A stretch of 64,000 nt of DNA from an uncultured Planctomycetota bacterium (GTDB lineage: Bacteria; Planctomycetota; PLA2; JAEUHO01), in the NCBI GenBank assembly GCA_963752285.1, contig CAVVXN010000005.1, positions 2,283,333 through 2,347,332 of the forward strand. Direction: 5' to 3'. The translations under genes were made by a program, and so were the position numbers. Shown piece after piece: positions 39,641 through 49,769 of the stretch; positions within the stretch are counted from its first letter, which is position 1, and each line of letters opens with the position of its first letter. A model generated the notes under the pieces. The model was given only the letters and a program-made list of their open reading frames with translations, did no database searches and was not told the origin of the DNA.

Positions 39641-40677
39641 TCAGGAGCCGTACGGACGCCGACGACGGCGACCCGGCGTGGCGCCGCCGCCCGGCGCGCC
39701 GCCGCCCGGGCGCGCCGCCGGGCGCCACCGGAGGGGCCTCCGGCGCGCCCGCCGGCGCGACGGTGCCCGCGGGCGGGCAGGGCGCCCACCGGGCCCTTCC
39801 CGGCAGGCGACTTGCGGGGCCCGCGTTTCAGGGCCCGCTTGGGCCGGGGCCGCTCGGGCGGGAGCTCGGCGTCCCAGGCCTCCTTGTTCGCGAGGTACAT
39901 GCGCTCGGCGTCGGCGATGAAACCGAGGTCCCTGGGGTCCACCTTCCGCCAGGCGCCCGGCGGGAGCTCGCCGATCTCGAGCGGCCCGACGTGGGTGCGG
40001 CGAAGGCGCTTGACGTGCAGGCCGACCTTCGCGAACACACGGCGGATCTCGCGGTTCCGCCCCTCGAGGATCACGATCTCGAGCACGCTCTCGTCGCGCT
40101 TGGGGTTGTAGCCGACGGGATGCACGCGCGCCGGCGAGGAGCGCCCCTCGGCGAGCCAGACGCCGGCGGCGGCCCGGGCGAGCTGCGCCCGGGTGACGTG
40201 GCCGCGGATCACCACCTGGTACCGCTTCTCGATGCGGTAGCGCGGGTGGCAGACGACGTTCGCGATCTGGCCGTCGTTCGTGAGCAGGATGAGACCCGTG
40301 CTCTCGGCGTCGAGGCGCCCGACCGTGTAGACGCGGCGCGCCTCGGGCACGAGGTCCACGACGCGCGGGCGTCCGCGCTCGTCGGCGTTCGTGCAGATGT
40401 GGCCGACGGGCTTGTTCACGAGGTAGTAGACGAGCGATTGCGGGCGCACGCGCTCGCCGTCGAGCAGGACGGTGTCGCGCTCGGGGTCCACTTTCACGCC
40501 CATCTTGCTCACGACCTGGCCGTTCACCGAGACCCGGCCCTGGGCGATGAAGGTCTCGCACTCACGGCGCGACCCCGCGCCCGTCGAGGCGAGGAACTTG
40601 TGCAGTCGCTCGCCCGCGCCCTCCGCCCCCTCCGTCTCTCGACGGTCGGGAGCGCGATCCTCATCGTTCTGCGTCAT
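39641..40677 (-). CDS. rluB: rRNA pseudouridine synthase (RluB/RsuA family) with basic low-complexity tail; probable frameshift in the tail
   Basis: S4 domain (ERLHKFLA..GAGSRR), NKP, VGRLD, EGRNREIRR. The track frame runs into the tRNA; another frame ends ...RRRRRPYGS* at 39641. Confidence 0.85.
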
Positions 40678-40830
40678 CAGGATTCGCTCCGATCGACGGG
40701 TTCGCCTCACGGCGCCGTCGTCCACGTCTCGTCCATCCCCACGGCCACGAGACGCCGAGAGGCTAGCGCGGATGCTCGGGTGCACGACCAAAGTCCACGG
40801 CGCACCGCGCGCGCCCGAACGCGCTCGACG

Positions 40831-41979
40831 TCACTTGACTCCGGTCAGGCGCGGTGCGTGTCTCCGCGGTGCACCCGCGGGCACGGGCGGCGGCGGCGTC
40901 GGCGCCTCGGCCTCGTCGTCGGGCGTGCCGGGAAGGTCGTCGGTCCGTGGCTTCGGCGGTGCCCCGCGCGCAGGGGACGCGGGTCCGGCACCGCTGGCAG
41001 GCCGCGCCGGCGGCGCGGCGCGCGGGGGCGAAGGCGCACCCACGGGCGTTCCCGGGAGGTCCGTCGTGAGGGGGCCCGCGCCGACAGGCTGTCCGGGCAG
41101 GTCCGAGGTGATGACGCCGGGTGGCGCACCGGGTTGGCCGGGCCCGGGGGGCGTACCAGCGGGCGCGCCCGCGGCCGAAGGCGGCGGCGCGACGGCCACC
41201 GGCCCGCCGAGTCCCGGCGGCGGTCCCGCGGGGCCCGGGAGCGGGTCGCCGAGGAGTCCGCCGCTCCCGCCCGGCACGACCGGACGCGTCTCGGGCGCGC
41301 CGGACGACGCGACGATGCCCCCGCCGTCCATGCGGTCCGCCTCGTCCCCGCGTCCGAGGCGGCGCAAGGCCTCGGCGACGCGCTTCTTCACCAGCATCTC
41401 GTACGCGGGCGGAAGGTCGGGCGTCAGGGCGCGGCGGTAGTTCTCGTACGCGAGGTCGAGGTCGCCCGCCTCGGCGTGCCGATCGCCGGCCATCACGCTC
41501 TGCACGACGTATCCGCCGACACGCTGCGAGGTCGGACGGAACGAGACCACCTCGATCTGCGGGATCGAGCGGAGGATCGAGCGGACGCGGCCCGTGACCT
41601 CGATCCGCGTGAACGCCTCGAGAGACGTGAGGGCGTCGTGCTGCGGGTTCTGCTGGTCCATGTAGAGGAACGGGAAGTCGTGCGCGTAGGTGTCCTGGTC
41701 CCACACCGCGGCGCCGTCGGCCCAGACCGCCACGTTCGCGTACCGCGCGGGGTGGAACGGCGTCGCGATCGGGTTGAACACCTGGTCGCGACGGTGGAAG
41801 ATGCAGAAGAAGCTGACGAGCCCGGTGCGGTAGCGATCGGGCTGCGCGATCAGGTCCCCGAGACCGACGCTCTGCCCCTTGTCGAGGTCGTCCCACCAGC
41901 CGGCCCGAGCCGGCCGGTCGAGGGCGAGGGCCAGGAGCAGGCCAGCCGTGGCGAAGGCGAGCGCGCGTCGCAAGGCCAT
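40831..41979 (-). CDS. Secreted hypothetical protein (possible OB-fold, helical segment, Pro/Gly-rich tail)
   Basis: Signal peptide (ALAFATAGLLLALAL...ARA), DLIAQPDRY motif, GGAGGAG RBS, long Pro-rich C-terminus. Confidence 0.75.
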   Translation of the reverse strand: MALRRALAFATAGLLLALALDRPARAGWWDDLDKGQSVGLGDLIAQPDRYRTGLVSFFCIFHRRDQVFNPIATPFHPARYANVAVWADGAAVWDQDTYAHDFPFLYMDQQNPQHDALTSLEAFTRIEVTGRVRSILRSIPQIEVVSFRPTSQRVGGYVVQSVMAGDRHAEAGDLDLAYENYRRALTPDLPPAYEMLVKKRVAEALRRLGRGDEADRMDGGGIVASSGAPETRPVVPGGSGGLLGDPLPGPAGPPPGLGGPVAVAPPPSAAGAPAGTPPGPGQPGAPPGVITSDLPGQPVGAGPLTTDLPGTPVGAPSPPRAAPPARPASGAGPASPARGAPPKPRTDDLPGTPDDEAEAPTPPPPVPAGAPRRHAPRLTGVK

Positions 41980-42020
41980 CTCCTCCCCCGAGGACGCGGC
42001 CCCTCGTTTCGGACGCCGCT

Positions 42021-42254
42021 CTACTTCTTCTCGGGCGAGGGCGGTCCGTCGGGGCCGAGGAACATCTTAGCCAGCCCTCCGATCACCGCGGCGTCGAGCG
42101 GGTACGACCCGTTCAGGATCGATTCGCGAAGCCGCCTCAGCTTCTCGGGGCCGATCGGCTCGAGCCGGCGACGACCGGGGGCCGGACGCGCCGTCTGCGG
42201 CGCGCGCGCGAGCGCGCCCGTCTCGATGCGGCCGTGCCGGGGCATGGAGGGCAT
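42021..42254 (-). CDS. Small protein with FlgM-like C-terminus
   Basis: EKLRRLRESILNGSYPLDAAVI resembles the FlgM sigma28-binding helix motif; TATCAT box 7 nt before ATG 42254. Confidence 0.55.
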   Translation of the reverse strand: MPSMPRHGRIETGALARAPQTARPAPGRRRLEPIGPEKLRRLRESILNGSYPLDAAVIGGLAKMFLGPDGPPSPEKK

Positions 42255-42407
42255 GTAGCGCATGATAGGTCCGGCGGACGCGGCGGGTCGAGGTGGTCGT
42301 CCTGCACCCTCCTCCATCGGCCGGGCGACCCGCCGCCTTGACGGACGCCGCCCGCCCGAGGCGCGGCGCCCGCGCGCGGACCGCGGCCCGCCCGCCCCCC
42401 CGCCCGC

Positions 42408-42959
42408 TCAGGCCTCCGCGCCGCGCCCCGGGGGCCGCACCACGACCCACGCCGCGCCGCCGACCCGCCGCCGGCGCTCCTCCACGCCCACGGTGCCCCG
42501 GGGCAGCTCGAGGCGGGCCGGCACCTTGAGGACTACGCGGCCCTCGGGCGCCAGACGGGCGAGCGCGCGGTCCACCATCCCCGCCGCCTCCCCCTCGGAC
42601 CACGCCGCGTACGGCGGGTCCGCGAAGATCAGGTCGAAGGGCCCGGGGGGGAGCCGGCCCGCGAGCGCGTCCGTCCGGACCACGCGCGCCTCGCCCTCGG
42701 CCCCGGCCGAGCGGAGCCAGCGCTCGAGGGCGCCCGCGCGTCCCGCGTCGCGCTCGACGAGCACGACCTCGGCCGCGCCGCGCGAGAGCGCCTCGAGGCC
42801 GAACCCACCCGCGCCCGCGAAGAGGTCGAGCACGCGCGCGCCCTCGAGCCGGGGACCGAGCGCCGAGAACAGGCTCTTCCTCAGGCGCGCGCCCGCCGGC
42901 CGTGCGTGGCTGGCGGGCGGGAGCGTCCGCCCCTTGAAGCGACCGGCCTCGATGTGCAT
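42408..42959 (-). CDS. rsmD: 16S rRNA m2G966 methyltransferase-like protein
   Basis: MHIEAGRFKGR, LDLFAGAGGFGLEALSRGA, FADPPY. Confidence 0.88.
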   Translation of the reverse strand: MHIEAGRFKGRTLPPASHARPAGARLRKSLFSALGPRLEGARVLDLFAGAGGFGLEALSRGAAEVVLVERDAGRAGALERWLRSAGAEGEARVVRTDALAGRLPPGPFDLIFADPPYAAWSEGEAAGMVDRALARLAPEGRVVLKVPARLELPRGTVGVEERRRRVGGAAWVVVRPPGRGAEA

Positions 42960-43002
42960 GGTCCTGTCCCCGCCGGGGGCCGTGGCGCCTACAATTCGTC
43001 GC

Positions 43003-43749
43003 ATGATCCGACTCGGAGTCAACGTCGATCACGTGGCGACCGTCCGGCAGGCGCGACGCGGCCGCTCTCCTTCCGTCGTCGCCGCGGCGCACGCGGCCCT
43101 CCTCGGGGGCGCCGACCACGTCGTGATGCACCTTCGCGAGGACCGCCGTCACGTCCAGGACGCGGACGTCGAGGTGGTCCGCGCCGCGCTCGACGCCCCG
43201 CTGGCGCTCGAGATGGCCGCCACGCCCGAGATGGTGGGTGTCGCCTGCCGCGTGAAGCCCGACCAGGCCTGTCTCGTCCCGGAGCGGCGGGAGGAGCTCA
43301 CGACCGAGGGCGGCCTCGACGTGGTGCGGCACCGCGACGCCGTCCGGCAGGCCATCGACAAGCTGCACGCGGCCGAGGTGCAGGTGTCGGTGTTCGTGGA
43401 CCCGGAGGAACAGGCGCTCCTCGCCGCGAACGAGGTCGGCGCCGACGCTGTCGAGCTCCACACGGGGCGGTACGCGGACGCGAACACCGAGGCGCGGCGC
43501 GTCCACGAGTACTCGGCGCTCCGTCGCGCGGCGGCCGCGGCGAAGCAGCTCGGGCTCCGGGTCCACGCGGGGCACGGCCTCGACTACCTCAACGTCGGCC
43601 TGGTCGCGGCGATCCCCGACGTCGAGGAGCTGAACATCGGCTTCGCGATCATCGGTCGCGCGCTCTTCGTCGGGATGTCCGCCGCGGTCCGCGAGATGCG
43701 CGAGCTCCTCGGGCGGGCGCGCGAGCTCTCCGCGAGCGGCGAGGCCTGA
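43003..43749 (+). CDS. pdxJ: Pyridoxine 5'-phosphate synthase
   Basis: LGVNVDHVATVRQAR, HLREDRRH, TTEGGLD, ELHTG, HAGHGL, ELNIG. Confidence 0.96.
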   Translation: MIRLGVNVDHVATVRQARRGRSPSVVAAAHAALLGGADHVVMHLREDRRHVQDADVEVVRAALDAPLALEMAATPEMVGVACRVKPDQACLVPERREELTTEGGLDVVRHRDAVRQAIDKLHAAEVQVSVFVDPEEQALLAANEVGADAVELHTGRYADANTEARRVHEYSALRRAAAAAKQLGLRVHAGHGLDYLNVGLVAAIPDVEELNIGFAIIGRALFVGMSAAVREMRELLGRARELSASGEA

Positions 43750-43750
43750 C

Positions 43751-44671
43751 GTGCCGGTCGAGGGACGAGAAGGCGCGGACGGGGCGACGAGGCCCGTGGA
43801 GGGCGTCGGCACCGCGCTCGTGACGCCGCTTCGGGACGGCGCCGTGGACCTCGGCCTCCTCGCCGCGCTCGTCGAGCACCAGATCGCGATGGGCGTGGAC
43901 TTCCTCGTGCCGTGCGGCACGACCGGCGAGTCCCCCACCCTGACCGACGACGAGCGCGTCCGGGTGATCGAACGGACGGTCGAGGCCGCGGCGGGGCGCG
44001 TGCCGGTCGTGGCGGGCACCGGCACGAACGACACGCCCCACTCCGTCGCGATGACCCGCGCCGCGCGGCGTGCGGGTGCGGACGCGTGCCTCGCGGTCGG
44101 GCCCTACTACAACAAGCCCACGCAAGAGGGCCTCTACCGGCACTTCCGCGCCATGATCGACGACGGCGGGCTGCCGGCGGTCCTCTACCACGTCCCCTCG
44201 CGCGGCTGCGCGCCGATCGAGGTGGACCTGCTCGCACGCGTCGCGAAGGCGGGCGGCGTGGTCGCAATCAAGGAGACGGGCGGGGTCGATCGCGTGACGC
44301 GGATCCGGCGCGTGTCGGCCGTGCCCGTCCTCTCGGGCGACGACGGCTTGACCCTCCCGATGATCGCGCTCGGCGCGGTGGGCGTGGTGAGCGTCGCGAG
44401 CAACGTCGTGCCCCGCGCCGTCGGCGACCTCGTCCGCGCGGCCCGATCGGGGTCCCTCGACCGCGCGCTCGCCCGGCACGAGCGCCTCGCGCCCCTCTTC
44501 GAGGCGCTCTTCCTCGAGACGAACCCGATCCCCGTGAAGGCCGCGCTCGTCCTCGCGGGCGCGCTCCCGGAGCCGACGGTCCGTCTGCCGCTCGTCGCCG
44601 CGAGCCCGTTCGTGGTCGAGGCCGTCGAGAGGGCGCTCCGCCCGTTCCTCGAGGCCGCACCGGCGTCCTGA
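43751..44671 (+). CDS. dapA: 4-hydroxy-tetrahydrodipicolinate synthase
   Basis: GTTGESPTL, PYYNKP, IKE, LSGDD, ETNPIPVK. Confidence 0.93.
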   Translation: MPVEGREGADGATRPVEGVGTALVTPLRDGAVDLGLLAALVEHQIAMGVDFLVPCGTTGESPTLTDDERVRVIERTVEAAAGRVPVVAGTGTNDTPHSVAMTRAARRAGADACLAVGPYYNKPTQEGLYRHFRAMIDDGGLPAVLYHVPSRGCAPIEVDLLARVAKAGGVVAIKETGGVDRVTRIRRVSAVPVLSGDDGLTLPMIALGAVGVVSVASNVVPRAVGDLVRAARSGSLDRALARHERLAPLFEALFLETNPIPVKAALVLAGALPEPTVRLPLVAASPFVVEAVERALRPFLEAAPAS

Positions 44672-44813
44672 ATCCGGGGCCTCCGCGGTCCGACCGCGCT
44701 CGTGCGGCGGGGATCTGCCGTTTCGGCGTGCCGACGTGGCGATCTCCGGCTTGGACGTACCGGGGCGCACCCCGCGCCTGCCGACGATCCGCCGCTCGCG
44801 CTCCGACGTGCGA

Positions 44814-44830
44814 CTGGTACGGGCGTTGCC
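44814..44830 (+). promoter_or_regulatory. Sigma54 (-24/-12) promoter upstream of hsp20
   Basis: CTGGTAC-GGGCG-TTGC matches TGGCAC-N5-TTGC, about 100 nt upstream of the hsp20 ATG. Confidence 0.65.
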
Positions 44831-44928
44831 TTGGTGCGGGTGGTCGCGGGGCGCTGCCCCGTCCGGTCCATTCCACCCGCGGGCGGCGCCCGGCGCACCG
44901 TCCCCGCGAACGATGAAGGAGAGAACCC

Positions 44929-45360
44929 ATGGAAAAGGAGCTCATGCACCGGGAACCCGTAGACGTCTTCTCGCCCTTCTGGGACTTCAGCCGCCGCTTC
45001 GAGGACCTCTGGCGCGCCCGCTCCGAAGGGGGCCAGATGGTCAGCCCCGCCGTGGACATCAGCGAGAGCGACGACGCGCTCCTCGTGCACGCGGAGCTGC
45101 CGGGCCTCACGAAGCAGGACGTCAAGATCACGATCGAGGAGGGCGTCCTCACGATCGCGGGCGAGAAGAGGTTCGTGAAGGAGGAGAACAAGCACGACTA
45201 CCACCGCGTGGAGCGCCGCTACGGGACCTTCCACCGGTCGTTCAGCCTCCCGAGCGGCGTGGACACGCAGAAGGCCGAGGCGCAGTTCCAGGACGGCGTC
45301 CTGACGATCAAGCTGCCCAAGTCCGAGTCCGCCAAGCCGAGGACCCTCGAGATCCACTGA
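44929..45360 (+). CDS. Hsp20/alpha-crystallin small heat-shock protein
   Basis: PAVDISE, AELPG, ERRYGTFHRSFSLP, DGVLTIKLPK. Confidence 0.95.
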   Translation: MEKELMHREPVDVFSPFWDFSRRFEDLWRARSEGGQMVSPAVDISESDDALLVHAELPGLTKQDVKITIEEGVLTIAGEKRFVKEENKHDYHRVERRYGTFHRSFSLPSGVDTQKAEAQFQDGVLTIKLPKSESAKPRTLEIH

Positions 45361-45402
45361 GCGCCGGCGCGCGGACCGCGCCCCGGACGGACCGACGAGA
45401 AC

Positions 45403-45430
45403 GGAGCCGGAGCGGCGACGCTCCGGCTCC
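45403..45430 (+). terminator. Strong hairpin between hsp20 and clpB
   Basis: Perfect 12-bp stem GGAGCCGGAGCG/CGCTCCGGCTCC with a GCGA tetraloop. No U-tract, so terminator versus mRNA-stabilising hairpin is unresolved. Confidence 0.5.
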
Positions 45431-45484
45431 ATGACGTAGATTGGGCCCGCGCGCGCGGGCCGCCGACACGGAGAGGAGTGACGA

Positions 45485-48094
45485 TTGTTGAACCCGGACC
45501 AGCTGACCCACAAGAGCCGCGAGGCGCTCCAGGCCGCCCACGAGAGCGCGGCGGCGTCGGGACATCCGGAGCTCACTCCGGAACACCTCCTCCTGGCGCT
45601 CCTCGGGCAGTCGGGCGGCATCGTCCCCGCGGTGCTCGGACGCACGGGCACCGACGTCCAGGCGCTCGAGGTGCTCGTCCGCCGCGAGCTCGAACGCCTT
45701 CCGCGCCAGGAGGGCGGCTCGACGCCCCGGCCCTCGCGCCGGCTCGGCGACGCCCTCGAGCGGGCCGCGAAGATCGCGAAGAAGGGCGGGGAGGCGTACG
45801 TCTCGGCCGAACACCTGCTCCTGGGCCTCCTCGCGGAGGGGAAGGGCGCGGCGTACGACCTCCTCCGCACGCACGGCGCGACCGCCGAGGCGGTGGAGCG
45901 GGCGACGGGCGAGCTCAAGGGCGCGCAGAAGGCGACGGACGCCGACCCCGAGGGCCGCTACGCCGCGCTCGAGAAGTACACGCTCGACCTCACGGAGCGG
46001 GCGCGCCAGGGCAAGATCGACCCCGTGATCGGACGCGACGAGGAGATCCGTCGCGTGATGCAGGTGCTCACGAGGCGCACGAAGAACAATCCCGTGCTGA
46101 TCGGCGCGCCGGGCACGGGCAAGACGGCGATCGTCGAGGGGCTCGCGCGGCGCATCGTCGCCGGCGACGTCCCCGAGCAGCTCAAGGACAAGCGACTCCT
46201 CGCGCTCGACCTCGGATCCCTCCTCGCCGGGTCCAAGTACCGCGGCGAGTTCGAGGAGCGCATGAAGGCCGTGCTGAAGGAGATCGAGGCCTCGGCCGGC
46301 GAGGTCGTGCTCTTCATCGACGAGCTCCACACGATCGTGGGCGCCGGCGCGGCGGAGGGCGCCGCGGACGCGGCGAACCTGTTGAAGCCCGCGCTGGCGC
46401 GTGGCGACCTGCACTGCGTCGGCGCGACCACGCTCGACGAGTACCGCAAGCACGTCGAGAAGGACAAGGCCCTCGAGCGGCGGTTCCAGCCCGTCTTCGT
46501 GGACGAGCCGGGCTTCGAGGAGAGCATCGCGATCCTCCGTGGCCTGAAGGAGCGCTACGAGGTGCACCACGGGGTGCGCATCACCGACGCCGCGGTCGTC
46601 GCGGCCGTACGTCTCTCGACCCGCTACCTCCCCGACCGCAAGCTCCCGGACAAGGCGATCGACCTGGTGGACGAGGCCGCGAGCGCGCTCCGGCTCGAGA
46701 TCGACTCCGTGCCGAAGGAGCTCGACGCGATCCAACGCCAGATCTCGCGCCTCGAGATGGAACGGTTCGCGCTCGCCAAGGAGAAGGACCGCGCGAGCAA
46801 GGAGCGGCTCCAGGCGCTCGAGAAGGAGCTGGCCGACCAGCACGAGCGGGAGACGGCGCTCAAGACGCAGTGGGACGCCGAGCGGTCGCAGCTCCACGAC
46901 GTCCAGGCGCTCAAGGAGCAGCTCGAGCAGGGTCGCGAGCGCCAACACCTCCTGGAGCGGCAAGGCAACCTCGAGGAGGCCGCGCGCCTCCGCTACGAGG
47001 TGATCCCGTCCCTCGAGCGCCGGATCGGCGACGCCGAGGCGCAGCTTCGCCGCCACGGCGACAGAAGGCTCCTCAAGGAGGAGGTGGGCGAGGAGGAGAT
47101 CGCCGAGGTCGTGTCGCGGTGGACGGGAATCCCCGTCTCGCGGATGCTCGAGTCCGAGAGCGACCGGTTGCTCCACATGGAGGACCGCCTGCGCCAGCGC
47201 GTCGTCGGGCAGGACGACGCCCTCGAGGCCGTCTCGGACGCGATCCGCCGCAGCCGCGCGGGGCTCACGTCGGGGACACGCCCGTACGGGTCGTTCCTCT
47301 TCGTCGGTCCGACCGGCGTCGGCAAGACCGAGACCGCGCGGGCTCTCGCCGGGTTCCTCTTCGACGACGAGAAGGCGATGGTGCGCATCGACATGAGCGA
47401 GTACCAGGAGCGCCACACGGTCGCGCGCCTGGTGGGCGCGCCTCCGGGGTACGTCGGCTACGAGGAGGGCGGACAGCTCACCGAAGCGGTGCGCCGGCGC
47501 CCCTATTCGGTCGTGCTCTTCGACGAGATCGAGAAGGCCCACCCCGAGGTCTTCAACGCGCTGCTCCAAGTTCTCGACGACGGACGTCTGACCGACGGCC
47601 AGGGTCGCACCGTGGACTTCACGAACACCGTCGTGATCATGACGAGCAACCTCGGCAGCCAGGCCGTGATGGAACCCGACCTCTCCGACGAGGCGATCCG
47701 CCACCGCATCATGGACGCGCTCCGCGCCGCGTTCCGGCCCGAGTTCCTGAACCGGATCGACGACGTGATCGTGTTCCACCGACTCGACCGCGACCAGATC
47801 CGGAAGGTCGTGGACATCCAGCTCGAGAGCCTCGCCGCGCTCGTGAGCGAGCGGGGGATCGAGCTCCGGGTCACGGATGCCGCGAAGGACCGCCTCGCGG
47901 AGGAGGGCTTCGACCCGATCTACGGGGCGCGCCCCCTGCGCCGCCTGATCCAGCGCAAGATCCAGAACGGCCTCGCAAAGCGGATCCTCGACGGCGAGAT
48001 CGGGCTCGGGGACACGGTGCGGGTGGACGTCGCGGGCGACGACCTCGTCTTCGAGAAGACCGTCTCCGAAACGACGGGACTCCCCACCGGCTGA
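45485..48094 (+). CDS. clpB: ATP-dependent disaggregase ClpB
   Basis: Clp-N repeats, NBD1 GAPGTGKT, coiled-coil middle domain, NBD2 [21 protein letters not shown]. Confidence 0.96.
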   Translation: MLNPDQLTHKSREALQAAHESAAASGHPELTPEHLLLALLGQSGGIVPAVLGRTGTDVQALEVLVRRELERLPRQEGGSTPRPSRRLGDALERAAKIAKKGGEAYVSAEHLLLGLLAEGKGAAYDLLRTHGATAEAVERATGELKGAQKATDADPEGRYAALEKYTLDLTERARQGKIDPVIGRDEEIRRVMQVLTRRTKNNPVLIGAPGTGKTAIVEGLARRIVAGDVPEQLKDKRLLALDLGSLLAGSKYRGEFEERMKAVLKEIEASAGEVVLFIDELHTIVGAGAAEGAADAANLLKPALARGDLHCVGATTLDEYRKHVEKDKALERRFQPVFVDEPGFEESIAILRGLKERYEVHHGVRITDAAVVAAVRLSTRYLPDRKLPDKAIDLVDEAASALRLEIDSVPKELDAIQRQISRLEMERFALAKEKDRASKERLQALEKELADQHERETALKTQWDAERSQLHDVQALKEQLEQGRERQHLLERQGNLEEAARLRYEVIPSLERRIGDAEAQLRRHGDRRLLKEEVGEEEIAEVVSRWTGIPVSRMLESESDRLLHMEDRLRQRVVGQDDALEAVSDAIRRSRAGLTSGTRPYGSFLFVGPTGVGKTETARALAGFLFDDEKAMVRIDMSEYQERHTVARLVGAPPGYVGYEEGGQLTEAVRRRPYSVVLFDEIEKAHPEVFNALLQVLDDGRLTDGQGRTVDFTNTVVIMTSNLGSQAVMEPDLSDEAIRHRIMDALRAAFRPEFLNRIDDVIVFHRLDRDQIRKVVDIQLESLAALVSERGIELRVTDAAKDRLAEEGFDPIYGARPLRRLIQRKIQNGLAKRILDGEIGLGDTVRVDVAGDDLVFEKTVSETTGLPTG

Positions 48095-48161
48095 GACCGG
48101 GTGGGGAGCCCCGTTCGGGACCGATGGAGGCCGTGCGCGAGGACGGCGGGCGGTCGGGCGT

Positions 48162-48818
48162 TCAGCTCGCGCTCGGCGCGGCGCCGCGAGCGCCGTCCGC
48201 GCCGTGACGGTGCCTCCACCGGAGGAACCGGCGGCCGCGCGGGCTTCGCTCGAACGCGCGCCGGGCGGCCGCCTTCTCGGCGTCGTCCAGGGTGCCGTCG
48301 TGGTTCGCGTCGAAGCGCTCGAGGATCCGGGCGTGGGCCTTCTCCTTGGCAGCGGCCTTCTCCTCGTCGCTGACCGTGCCGTCGTGGTTCGTGTCGAGGC
48401 GGTCGAGGATGCGCGCGCGGACCCGGTCCTTCGCGGCGGCCTTCTCGGCGTCGCTGACCACGCCGTCGTGGTCGGTGTCGAGCCTCTCCTTCACCCTCTC
48501 GAGGAACCGCGCGTGCATCGCAGCCCGCATCTTCTCGCGCTCCGCGGCGTCGAGCCTCCCGTCACCGTTCTCGTCGAACTCGCGGAGCGCCTGGGCGCGA
48601 CGCTCGGCGCGCGCCTTCTCCATGGTCTCGCGCGCGGCGGCGCGCTCCGATTCGTCGAGCGTGCCGTCGTGGTTGGTGTCGAACCGCTCGAGCGCCCGCG
48701 GACACGCTGCGCGCGCGCGCGGTCCGCGTGTGGCACGACCGCCCGGATCGGCCGACGCTCCCGGCGCGAGGTAGAGGGCCGCCGCGCCCACGGCCACGAA
48801 GATTCCCAGGCGTCGCAT
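48162..48818 (-). CDS. Secreted EF-hand Ca2+-binding repeat protein
   Basis: RBS AAGGAG, signal peptide, five DxNxDG/DxDxDG loops (DTNHDGTLD, DENGDGRLD, DTDHDGVVS, DTNHDGTVS, DANHDGTLD). Confidence 0.88.
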   Translation of the reverse strand: MRRLGIFVAVGAAALYLAPGASADPGGRATRGPRARAACPRALERFDTNHDGTLDESERAAARETMEKARAERRAQALREFDENGDGRLDAAEREKMRAAMHARFLERVKERLDTDHDGVVSDAEKAAAKDRVRARILDRLDTNHDGTVSDEEKAAAKEKAHARILERFDANHDGTLDDAEKAAARRAFERSPRGRRFLRWRHRHGADGARGAAPSAS

Positions 48819-48872
48819 CTTCTTGCTCCTTGTTCGTGCGTCCACGTCGTTCTCGACGTCGAGCGCGACTCC

Positions 48873-48950
48873 GATCTCGATCTCGATCTCGATGTCGATG
48901 TCGATCGCGATCTCGATCTCGATGTCGATGTCGATGTCGATGTCGATGTC
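48873..48950. repeat. Hexanucleotide tandem repeat (GATSTC)x13
   Basis: Direct reading: GATCTC x3, GATGTC x2, GATCGC, GATCTC x2, GATGTC x5. Confidence 0.95.
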
Positions 48951-49136
48951 GCAGCCAGGATCGAGGTCGCGAGCACGGCCACCCGCGCGGTCGCATCCGC
49001 GATCGCGGTGCCCCCCCTGATACCCGCCCCGCGCCCGACGGTTTCGGCCCCGTTTCCGCCCTCGTGCCCGCCCCTTCTCCCCCCCTTCTCGCCGCCATTC
49101 CCGCCGCCCTTCTCGCCACGGTCTCCCCGACTCGCC

Positions 49137-49316
49137 GCGTTCCCCCGTCCCGCGTCGTCCGCCCGTCCGCCCCCGTCCGCCCGTCTCGCACCGTCCCCCG
49201 GTACCGCGCCGTCCCCCGGTACCGCGCCGTCCCCCGGTACCGCGCCGTCCGCCCGTCCCGCACGATCCGCCCATCCCGCACGATTCGCGCGTCCCGCACG
49301 ATGCGCCCGCCCCGCG
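49137..49316. repeat. 18-bp tandem repeat, about 10 units
   Basis: Three exact copies of CCGTCCCCCGGTACCGCG (49191-49244) flanked by degenerate in-register units. Confidence 0.85.
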
Positions 49317-49769
49317 CGGTCCGGCCCCCTTCGCCGCTCCCCTTCCCCCTTGCCCCGCGACCCTTGCCCCGCGCCCCGCCGCGCTCTCGATCTCCGCCGT
49401 GGCGCATCCGCCGCAACGAACCCCAAGTGCGCCCGCTCCTCTGCATACGTCCATCGCACGAGGCGCGTCACCGGTCACATGCGGCCGCACGCGGTTGGCA
49501 CCGGGTCCGCACCGGGTGCCTGCCCGGCCCCCGCCCAGTCCCCACCCGGCTCCCGTCCGGCTTCCGGCTGGGCACACGCCCGATCCTTACCCGGACGGGG
49601 GTCCGACTCTTGGCCGCTCTTCGGACTCCGCGACGCGCTCCGTGCTTGACCCGGCGATCGTGTCCCGCGTAGAGCAGTGCTCGCGAAGAGGGGGGCCGCG
49701 TGACCACCCGCGCCGCTCGCGCGGTGTACCTCCCGCGGCCCCCGTCGAGCGGGGGCCCACGGGAGGCGC

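Noticed and set aside
44672..44928. CIRCE/HrcA operator upstream of hsp20-clpB
   Set aside because: No TTAGCACTC-N9-GAGTGCTAA-like inverted repeat is present.
49137..49316. CRISPR array
   Set aside because: Units are directly adjacent with no unique spacers, and there are no cas genes in the window.
49496..49511. Second sigma54 promoter (TGGCAC-N5-CCGC) upstream of the ECF gene
   Set aside because: The -12 element is poor (CCGC rather than TTGC); likely a chance match in GC-rich DNA.
48819..49577. N-terminal extension of the EF-hand protein with (D/E)I and GTGGRR repeats
   Set aside because: A strong RBS and signal peptide define the start at 48818; the open frame is a by-product of stop-free repeats.
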